Position numbers and translations under genes: made by a program
Source of the DNA: Candidatus Hydrothermarchaeota archaeon
GTDB taxonomy: Archaea; Hydrothermarchaeota; Hydrothermarchaeia; Hydrothermarchaeales; BMS3B
Assembly (NCBI GenBank): GCA_015521945.1
Contig: WANG01000187.1
Span: forward strand, 1 to 32,401
DNA: 32,401 nt
Direction: 5' to 3'
The notes under the pieces: model-generated
What the model saw: the letters and a program-made list of their open reading frames with translations, nothing else
What the model was told of the DNA's origin: nothing
Databases searched by the model: none
Part shown: piece by piece, positions 7,454 through 14,328 of the stretch
Layout of the letters: each line of letters begins with the position of its first letter
How positions within the stretch are numbered: the first letter of the stretch is position 1

Positions 7454-8218
7454 TTGATAGCGGTGCTTACAGAGTTTCCAAGGCTTTACTACCTGCTTGC
7501 AAGGGAGCTGAAGCGCAGAGGGATAGCCTTCAGAAGCCTCACCTTCAGGGAGAGCATCCCGCCCCAGGTGCGGGTGGTTCTCACCAGCAGGGACGAGGCG
7601 AAGAGGGTGAGCTTCCCCTGCGTGGTTGAGGTGAGCGAGAGCAGCGTGGGCACGGCGGTTGAGAGGGCGCACCTGCTCGCCAAGGGGCAGAGGTGCTCCT
7701 ACGGGGAGCTGGTGGTGGGGATAGACCCGGGAGACAAGCCGGGGATGGCGGTGCTGGCGGGCTCAAGGGTGGTGCACGCATCCAGGCTCAACTCCCCAGA
7801 GGACGTGGTGAGGGGGCTCAGAGAGGTGCTCCGCCTGTACTCCTGCGGGAGGCTCCTGATAAGGGTGGGTGACGGGGGCGGGATATACGGGCAGAGGCTG
7901 ATAAGGGCGCTGCAGGAGAACTTCTGCTTTGAGATTGAGCTGGTGGATGAGCACGCAACGACCCCGAGCGTGGGGAGCAGCAGCCCGGAGCTCAGGGACG
8001 TGATAGCGGCGGTGAACATCGCCATGAAGCGCGGGAGGGTGCTGAAGCGCAGGCTGGAGGTCTCGCCTACCATGGGGGAGATTAAGAACATACAGAGGGA
8101 GAGCAGGCAGATGAGCGGCAACATCACCATCTCCAGGGAGCTCGCCTGCAGGGTGGCGAGGGGGGAGCTGAGCCTTGAGAGAGCCATAGAGATTCAGAAA
8201 AGCCAGAGCCGTGAGTAG
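7454..8218 (+). CDS. RNase H-fold nuclease-like protein, YqgF/RuvX-RuvC type (COG2433-like), with extra N- and C-terminal regions
   Basis: VVGIDPGDKPGMAVL provides the first acidic motif, ELVDEHATT the second and LRDVIAAVNIA the third, matching the YqgF/RuvC arrangement. The start is TTG at 7454, preceded by a GGTGAGGGTG SD-like element. Confidence 0.55.
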   Translation: MIAVLTEFPRLYYLLARELKRRGIAFRSLTFRESIPPQVRVVLTSRDEAKRVSFPCVVEVSESSVGTAVERAHLLAKGQRCSYGELVVGIDPGDKPGMAVLAGSRVVHASRLNSPEDVVRGLREVLRLYSCGRLLIRVGDGGGIYGQRLIRALQENFCFEIELVDEHATTPSVGSSSPELRDVIAAVNIAMKRGRVLKRRLEVSPTMGEIKNIQRESRQMSGNITISRELACRVARGELSLERAIEIQKSQSRE

Positions 8219-8270
8219 CTTCAGTTTTGATTTGCTACGTTAGGTGCCCGGAAGCCACCGAGGCGCGCCC

Positions 8271-9638
8271 ATGGATGTACCCAGGATTATAATAGCAGGC
8301 ACCTCCAGCAGGGCTGGCAAGACCGTTATTTCTCTGGGAATCATGCGGGCGCTGCGCAACCTGGGGTATGAGGTGCAGCCCTTCAAGGTGGGTCCTGACT
8401 TCATAGACCCCAGCTACCACCACTTCGCCGCCGGCAGGAGGAGCAGGAACCTGGACTCCTACATGATGCCCCCCGAGGCGATACGGGAGTGCTTGGTGAG
8501 GTGCTCCAGGGGGGCGGACATAGCGGTGATTGAGGGCACCATGGGGCTGTACGACAGCCACGATGCGGTGGATGCGAAGGGGAGCACCGCCGAGGTGAGC
8601 AGGATACTGCGCTCTCCCGTGGTGCTGGTGGCGAACGTGGAGAGGATTTCAAGGACCGCCGCAGCCTTCGTGATGGGGTACAGGGTGTTTGACCCTGAGG
8701 TGGAGATAGCTGGAGTGGTGCTGAACAGGGTGGGAAACCCCAGGCATGCCTACAAGGCGAGGACGGCGGTGGAGAGGCTGGCAGGACTAAGGGTTTTCGG
8801 AACGGTGCCCAGGAGGGAGGACATGTTCATCAGGGAGAGGCACCTCGGGCTGGTGCCGGCGTACGAGCGGGAGGCGCTGGAGGAGCAGCTTGACAGGCTG
8901 GGTGAGATAGTGGCGAGGCACCTTGACCTGGAGGGGGTGGTGCAGGCTGCCATGGAGGCGCCCGAGGTGGATGCAGAGCCCAGCGGGCTCTTCACGCCCA
9001 GAGAGCCCAGGGTGAGGGTGGGGGTGGCGATGGACAGGGCTTTTACCTTCTACTACCAGGACAACCTGGATGCGCTCATCGCCTCGGGTGCGCACCTCGT
9101 GCCCATAGACATGATGGAAGCCTCCTCCCTGCCGCAGGTGGATGCCCTGTACATCGGCGGAGGCTTCCCGGAGGTTATGGCGGAGGAGCTTGAGCGCAAC
9201 CGCACCCTGAGGGAGCAGGTGCGCACCGCCCTTGAGGAGGGCATGCCGTGCTACGCGGAGTGCGGCGGGCTTATGTACTTAGGGAGGAGCATCGTTACCA
9301 GGGAGGGGGAGGAGTACGAGATGGTGGGCTTCCTGCCGATAAGAACCAAGATGCACCGCAGGTTTCAGGCGCTCGGATACGTGCGGTGCGTGGCAGAGAT
9401 GGGCACCCCCATCTGCAGCGCAGGGGATGAGCTGGTGGGGCACGAGTTCCACTACTCGGAGGTGGTGCCGGAGGGCAGGCTGAGGTTGGCCTACAGGGTG
9501 ACCAGAGGGAAGGGGGTGGACGGAAGGCGGGACGGCATACTCATGGAGAACACCTTGGCAAGCTACCTGCACGTGCACGTGCTTTCCCACCCCGCCATGC
9601 CGGCGAATTTTGTGCACACCATAGAAAAATTTAAATGA
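8271..9638 (+). CDS. cbiA: Cobyrinate / Ni-sirohydrochlorin a,c-diamide synthase (CbiA/CfbB family)
   Basis: The N-terminal ATPase domain reads IIIAGTSSRAGKTVISLGIMRAL..FKVGPDFIDPSYH. The C-terminal glutamine amidotransferase reads DRAFTFYYQDNL..YIGGGFPE..YAECGGLMYLGRS. The start was set at ATG 8271 (MDVPRIIIAG). CbiA and CfbB cannot be told apart by eye. Confidence 0.85.
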   Translation: MDVPRIIIAGTSSRAGKTVISLGIMRALRNLGYEVQPFKVGPDFIDPSYHHFAAGRRSRNLDSYMMPPEAIRECLVRCSRGADIAVIEGTMGLYDSHDAVDAKGSTAEVSRILRSPVVLVANVERISRTAAAFVMGYRVFDPEVEIAGVVLNRVGNPRHAYKARTAVERLAGLRVFGTVPRREDMFIRERHLGLVPAYEREALEEQLDRLGEIVARHLDLEGVVQAAMEAPEVDAEPSGLFTPREPRVRVGVAMDRAFTFYYQDNLDALIASGAHLVPIDMMEASSLPQVDALYIGGGFPEVMAEELERNRTLREQVRTALEEGMPCYAECGGLMYLGRSIVTREGEEYEMVGFLPIRTKMHRRFQALGYVRCVAEMGTPICSAGDELVGHEFHYSEVVPEGRLRLAYRVTRGKGVDGRRDGILMENTLASYLHVHVLSHPAMPANFVHTIEKFK

Positions 9639-9670
9639 GAGCTCGCAACAATCACGTGAGGGTAATCTGC

Positions 9671-11704
9671 ATGGTGAGACCGCGCAGCATGAGGAAGCTG
9701 GAGGCACTGGTGCTGGCAGAGCACAAGGATGATGTGCTCAGAGCCGTAAAGGATACGGGTGCGGTGCACTTCATCAACCTCACCGAGAACGCCGAGGCGC
9801 TGGGGAGGCTTCAGAGCGCCGGCACAAGCCACCTCAGAGCCGAGGTGGCGGAGCTGCTCTCAAAAATTGAGAACATCCTGGAGGTTTTCAGGCAGATTCA
9901 CCAGGCAGAGGTTGACTCCATGGGGGAGCTGGAGCCGGCGGCGAGGAAGCTGCCGGTGGTGGATGGGGAGGTCAGGAGGGTATTTGAGGAGATTGCGGAG
10001 AAGCTCTTCTTCCTGGGTGACAGGGTGGGCAGCCTGAACGCCAGGCTCTCGGAGATAAGGAAGGAGAAGGAGGAGCTGCGGGGGTATCAGGACACCCTGA
10101 GGAAGCTTGAGATTATGGGAATAAGCCCGAAGGACATGAGGGCGCTGAAGCACGTGTCCCTGTTTCTCGGGAGCATGCCAGCCGAGGAGGTGGAGCCCTT
10201 CCAGAAGGAGCTCGCGGATATAACCGACCTGTACCTGATGGAGACCAGGAAGCTGGACAAGAAGCACGTGCTGGTGCTGGTTGGGGTGCTGAGCAGGTAC
10301 GAGGTGGACGTGAGCAGGGCGCTCAGGCTGAGGAGGTTTGAGGAGATTACCATCCCCCTGAGGCTTATCCCCTACTCCTTGGAGGATGCGAGGAGGGTGC
10401 TGGAGGAGCAGGCGGAGAGGCTGGAGAGGGAGGAGAGGGAGGTTCTGCAGGAGCTGAAAAAGGTGGCGGAGGCTGAGATGGAGACCCTGCTGCGGTACCA
10501 GATGTTCCTGAATGCCGCGAGGCGGGTGGATGAGGCTAACCTGAACATGCTGCGCACCCGCAAGACCTACGTGTTCTCCGGCTGGGTGCCCCAGGAGCGA
10601 ACCGAGGAGGTGCGAAAAGCTATAGAGAGCGCCACCGGAGGCGCCTGCATCGTGAGCTTCAGGGAGCCGGAGGAGCACGAGCTCCCGCCCACGCTGCTGC
10701 GCAACCCGCCCGTTACAAAGCCCCTTGAAGCGCTGACCACCACCTACGGGGTGCCCAACTACCGAGAGGTGGACCCCACGAGCATCGTGGCTCTGACCTT
10801 CCCCTTCATCTTCGGGTTCATGTTCGGTGACGTGGGGCAGGGGCTGGTGCTCATCCTGGCGGGTCTGCTGGTGGGCTTCAGGGTGCGCAGGTTTGGAGAC
10901 AAGGGGAGGAAGCTGGGCAGGACGCTGGTGCTCTGCGGCATAATGGCGACCTTCATGGGGTTCGTTTACGGGAGCATGTTCGGACTTGAGGCTGAGGCTG
11001 CCCACGGGGAGGCGCCGATGCAGAAGTACTTAGGGTTCACCTTTGAGCCCATCAAGGTGCCGCTGCTTGACAGGTTCTTTGAGGGCGCCCTTCTCGCGGG
11101 TCCCGACAGGATAATGCGGGCGGTTTACTTCTCCATATACTTAGGAGTGTTTCTGCTGATTATGGGGATGGTGCTGAACCTGGTAAACCACGCTATTCAG
11201 CGGGAGATGAAGCACGCCCTCCTGAGCCCCTTCGGAGTTCCAGGGATATGGGCGCTGCTGGGAGGCTCCTACTTAGTGTTCTGGCTTAAGAGCTTCAGCA
11301 TACCCCACGTGCTGGGAGGCGTGGTCCTGCCGATACTGCTGGTGTTCCTGCACCTGCTGGTGATTGAGAGGCAGGGGTTCCTGATATCCGTCATTGAGAC
11401 CTTTGAGAACTCCATGAAGTACCTGACCAACACCCTGTCCTTCCTCAGGATAACCATCATAGGCGTGGTGCACGCGGCGCTGAGCATGATGATGGTGAAC
11501 GCCATGCTCGCCCTGGGGGACTCCCTGCTGAACCCCGCGGTTCTCTTGGTTTTCATCGCCGGCAACGTGCTGATAATAGTGATGGAGGCATTCATATCCT
11601 TCGTGCACACCCTCAGGCTGCACTTCTACGAGATATTTTCAAAGTTCTACAGGGCAAATGGTGTGCTTTTCTCACCGCTCAGGATAATGTATAAGGAGGA
11701 GTGA
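9671..11704 (+). CDS. atpI: A-type (A1Ao) ATP synthase subunit I (stator/a-subunit)
   Basis: It has an N-terminal cytosolic coiled domain, multiple C-terminal TM helices and the conserved membrane Arg motif (LSFLRITIIGVVHAAL). The start MVRPRSMRKLEALVL fits the typical subunit I N-terminus. An alternative ATG at 9635 forms an ATGA overlap with the cbiA stop. Confidence 0.9.
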   Translation: MVRPRSMRKLEALVLAEHKDDVLRAVKDTGAVHFINLTENAEALGRLQSAGTSHLRAEVAELLSKIENILEVFRQIHQAEVDSMGELEPAARKLPVVDGEVRRVFEEIAEKLFFLGDRVGSLNARLSEIRKEKEELRGYQDTLRKLEIMGISPKDMRALKHVSLFLGSMPAEEVEPFQKELADITDLYLMETRKLDKKHVLVLVGVLSRYEVDVSRALRLRRFEEITIPLRLIPYSLEDARRVLEEQAERLEREEREVLQELKKVAEAEMETLLRYQMFLNAARRVDEANLNMLRTRKTYVFSGWVPQERTEEVRKAIESATGGACIVSFREPEEHELPPTLLRNPPVTKPLEALTTTYGVPNYREVDPTSIVALTFPFIFGFMFGDVGQGLVLILAGLLVGFRVRRFGDKGRKLGRTLVLCGIMATFMGFVYGSMFGLEAEAAHGEAPMQKYLGFTFEPIKVPLLDRFFEGALLAGPDRIMRAVYFSIYLGVFLLIMGMVLNLVNHAIQREMKHALLSPFGVPGIWALLGGSYLVFWLKSFSIPHVLGGVVLPILLVFLHLLVIERQGFLISVIETFENSMKYLTNTLSFLRITIIGVVHAALSMMMVNAMLALGDSLLNPAVLLVFIAGNVLIIVMEAFISFVHTLRLHFYEIFSKFYRANGVLFSPLRIMYKEE

Positions 11705-11706
11705 GA

Positions 11707-12042
11707 ATGATGAGAGGAAAAGGAGTTTTTGCACTGTTAGGGATGGTGCTGGTACTGGCACTGAGTGCGAGTGCCGTGTACGCTGAGGAGACCTTGGGCA
11801 ACGAGGCTGCCCAGGGAGGCGCGGCGACCCAGAAGGGTATGTACGCCATAGCCGCAGCTCTCGCCGTGGGGCTGGCTGCCGCAGGGGCAGGCTTCGCCAT
11901 AGGGCACACGGGTGCAGCGGCGCTGGGTGCCATCTCGGAGAAGCCGGAGATGATGACCTGGGGACTTATCATAGTGGCGCTTGCGGAAGGAATTGCTCTG
12001 TACGGGCTTATAATATCCTTCATGCTGCTGACGAAGATTTAG
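11707..12042 (+). CDS. atpK: A-type ATP synthase subunit K (proteolipid c), single hairpin with N-terminal signal-like extension
   Basis: GGAGG lies 8-9 nt upstream of ATG 11707. The Gly/Ala-rich helix 1 reads AIAAALAVGLAAAGAGFAIGHTGAAALGAI, followed by the loop SEKPE. Helix 2 carries the ion-binding Glu (IIVALAEGIALYGLI). Confidence 0.9.
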   Translation: MMRGKGVFALLGMVLVLALSASAVYAEETLGNEAAQGGAATQKGMYAIAAALAVGLAAAGAGFAIGHTGAAALGAISEKPEMMTWGLIIVALAEGIALYGLIISFMLLTKI

Positions 12043-12046
12043 GGCG

Positions 12047-13159
12047 ATGTCTGCCGGAGACTACGCGTACGTAAACGCGAAGATCGGAGCCCTGCGCTCC
12101 TGGATGCTCACCCCGGGTGAGTACCGCTCCCTGTGCGAGGCTGCCTCCCTGGAGGAGTGCATGAGCCTGCTGAAGGCGACTCACCTGGGGAAGGGCATAG
12201 CCAAGCTTGGTGAGGAGCCTGAGATACCCCAGGTGGAGGCGCTGCTGTTCTCGGAGCTGGCTTCGGAGTACGGCAGGCTGGTGCAGGGCGTGCGCAAGGA
12301 GGCGAAGATGGTCCTGCAGCGGCTGTACAGGAAGTTCGTGGCTGACACGGTGCTGAAGCCGCTGCTCAGGCTGAAGAGCGCTGGGGTGCCCCAGGAGGCG
12401 CTGCAGGACCTTTTCTACCCCTCCCAGCCACTGCCGAAGCAGGTGCTGGCGAAGCTGCTGGGCGCCGAGGATGTCAGGGAGATGGTGGAGAGCCTGAGGG
12501 ACACGGTGTACCACAAACCCTTAGCAGGCGCCCTGAGCGCCTACCAGGAGGCAGGGGTGGCGGCGCTTACCACCGCCCTTGATGGGGCGCTCTACAGGGA
12601 GCTGTGGAGCAGCACGGGGTCGCTTTCAACTAAGGACAGACGGATTGCGAGGGACTTCATAGGCAGGGAGGTGGACATGCGCAACGTGCTCACCGCCTTC
12701 AGGCTCCGTGGCTCCGAGTTCACGAAGCTTGAGCAGCAGCTTATACCGGTGAGCTACAGGGTTGGAAGGGACGTGCTGGCTGCCATACTGAGCGTGCGGC
12801 ACCTGAGCCAGCTTGCCACCGAGATTCACGGGTTTGCGTACCACTCCATGGTTGCCGCGCTGCTCAAGGAGTACGAGACCATAGCCAGGGAGCTGCCCCT
12901 GGGAGCGGAGTTCATGCCGGCCTCCCAGGAGGCTCCAGCGCAGGTGGAGCTCTTCTCGGTGCTGCCCTTTGAGCTGGCGCTGCGCAGGCAGATGCTGGGA
13001 GCCTACAGGGGAGCCTTCAGGGGCGACAGGTTCCACATAGGCGTGCCCATGGCGCACCTGTTCCTCAGGGAGAACGAGATAAGGAACGTGGTGACAATCC
13101 TCAAGCTGAAAGAGGCGGGAGCGCCTGCGGAGGGCATAGAGAAGGCGCTTGCAATGTAG
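12047..13159 (+). CDS. atpC: A-type ATP synthase subunit C (V-type d homologue)
   Basis: The N-terminus DYAYVNAKIGALRSWMLTPGEY and the all-helical 370-aa length are typical of AtpC. It lies directly after atpK. Confidence 0.85.
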   Translation: MSAGDYAYVNAKIGALRSWMLTPGEYRSLCEAASLEECMSLLKATHLGKGIAKLGEEPEIPQVEALLFSELASEYGRLVQGVRKEAKMVLQRLYRKFVADTVLKPLLRLKSAGVPQEALQDLFYPSQPLPKQVLAKLLGAEDVREMVESLRDTVYHKPLAGALSAYQEAGVAALTTALDGALYRELWSSTGSLSTKDRRIARDFIGREVDMRNVLTAFRLRGSEFTKLEQQLIPVSYRVGRDVLAAILSVRHLSQLATEIHGFAYHSMVAALLKEYETIARELPLGAEFMPASQEAPAQVELFSVLPFELALRRQMLGAYRGAFRGDRFHIGVPMAHLFLRENEIRNVVTILKLKEAGAPAEGIEKALAM

Positions 13160-13198
13160 GCAGAGGGGAGGGGCACACCCAGCCTGCACAAAAGCTTG

Positions 13199-13220
13199 TT
13201 TTATGTTTTTCAAGCATTTT
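13199..13220 (+). terminator. Oligo-T tract cluster (T4, T5, T4), candidate archaeal terminator after atpC
   Basis: GTTTTATGTTTTTCAAGCATTTT begins 40 nt after the atpC stop. Archaeal termination commonly uses T-runs. Confidence 0.35.
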
Positions 13221-13449
13221 GCCTGTATGCCTGAGGCCCGGATGCTGGTTGGTATGAGTTTGGCGGTGAAGTACGAGCGAAGTTTTAGCGGAGTGGGTGT
13301 CCAAATAAGGGGAAACCTGTATATGAGCGGCGGCTGATTTTCACCTACACGAGTGACTGAAGAGGTATTCCTGTCTGCATCCTGCCCTGAAACAAGTCAA
13401 CCTCTTCGCCTGCACCTTAATGCCTGCTACAGCTACCTGAGGTGAGGTA

Positions 13450-13833
13450 GTGTTATCTGGACAGCTCCAAAAGCGAATGCAGAAACTCATAAAAAGAGCT
13501 GTGGCTGATGAAGACATCCTCGCAGTAATAGTCTACGGTAGCTACGCAAGAGGTGAGCCCTTCAGAGATATAGACATGTGTCTGGTTCTATTTCCCCATG
13601 CCGAGAGTAAGAGCTTTGATAAGAGGCTGGAATACTCCGAATACGAGGACATAGATGTGCAGGCGTTCAATGAGCTCCCTCTGTACATAAAACCAGGAGT
13701 GTTGAAAGAGGGAAAAATTGTTCACTGCAAGAATGAAGACCTGCTCTACGACATTGCAATAAAAACTGCAAAAGAATACGGGGATTTTAAGCCCAGATAT
13801 AAGATGTACCCGGAAGGGGTGCTGAATGGATAA
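13450..13833 (+). CDS. Minimal nucleotidyltransferase (MNT-type antitoxin of HEPN/MNT modules)
   Basis: It has the GS-x9-DxD signature (VIVYGSYARGEPFRDIDMCLVLF). The GTG start at 13450 is preceded by GGTGAGGT. It lies in a low-G+C islet and overlaps the downstream HEPN remnant by 8 nt. Confidence 0.85.
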   Translation: MLSGQLQKRMQKLIKRAVADEDILAVIVYGSYARGEPFRDIDMCLVLFPHAESKSFDKRLEYSEYEDIDVQAFNELPLYIKPGVLKEGKIVHCKNEDLLYDIAIKTAKEYGDFKPRYKMYPEGVLNG

Positions 13834-14243
13834 GGGGAGGATATTATCAAAACTGGCAGAAATTAGGTGATATCTTGGAGAGATTCATGAAAATATGCCG
13901 CAGAGTTTTGAAGAATACGAATCAAACACATTGTTGAAGAGAGCCATGGCTTCAGATTACCATTGAAGCCTGCATAGGCACCTGTGCAGTACTTGTAAGG
14001 AGCTGAAGCTGGGACTCCCTACGGAAGAGGAAGATTTCCTTCAAAAGCTGGAGAATAGAGCCATATCTAAGGAAGTTGCTGCTAATCTTAAGAGTATGAA
14101 AAAATCTGATTGTCCACAGATACTCAAAAATTGATGATCTCCAAGCTTATGAGATTCTTAGAGAGAATCTCGTAGATATCTGGAAGTTTCTAAGCGAAGT
14201 AAGGGAATTTCTAAGGAAAAACCAGTCTCAGGCGACCACGTAG
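13826..14243 (+). pseudogene. HEPN (DUF86) toxin pseudogene: one in-frame stop plus at least three frameshifts
   Basis: Own translation gives these segments in order. Frame A: MDKGRILSKLAEIR-stop(TGA 13868)-YLGEIHENMPQSFEEYESNTLLKRAM. Shifted frame from about 13950: QITIEACIGTCAVLV. Back in frame A from about 13997: KELKLGLPTEEEDFLQKLENRAISKEVAANLKSMKK. Shifted frame from about 14100: NLIVHRYSKIDDLQAYEILRENLVDIWKFLSEVREFLRK-stop(14243). Joined together they read as a typical DUF86 protein, including the His half of the Rx4-6H motif. Confidence 0.8.
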
Positions 14244-14328
14244 TTAATTGCAGTACCACAAAGCCTGCTGGCGAGCAAATACTATTGAATTGCTCCAAAG
14301 CTTTTTTGAGGTACACCGGGGCAACTAC

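Noticed and set aside
9860-11005. 381-aa minus-strand ORF
   Set aside because: It is antisense to atpI. Its composition is P/H/Q/L/G-rich with no motifs, so it is a shadow ORF.
11707-12042. Assignment of the window to Methanopyrus kandleri (similar G+C, acidic E/R-rich proteins, scattered operons)
   Set aside because: As I recall, the M. kandleri proteolipid gene encodes a giant multi-hairpin fusion, whereas atpK here is a single hairpin of 111 aa. Without a database search the organism cannot be named.
13320-13410. Possible C/D-box sRNA or structured RNA (two CUGA boxes at 13334-13337 and 13357-13360; 8-bp inverted repeat GAAGAGGT/ACCTCTTC at 13359-13366 and 13400-13407)
   Set aside because: There is no proper RUGAUGA C box at the right spacing. 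The stem is only 8 bp with a 33-nt loop. This is too weak to call.
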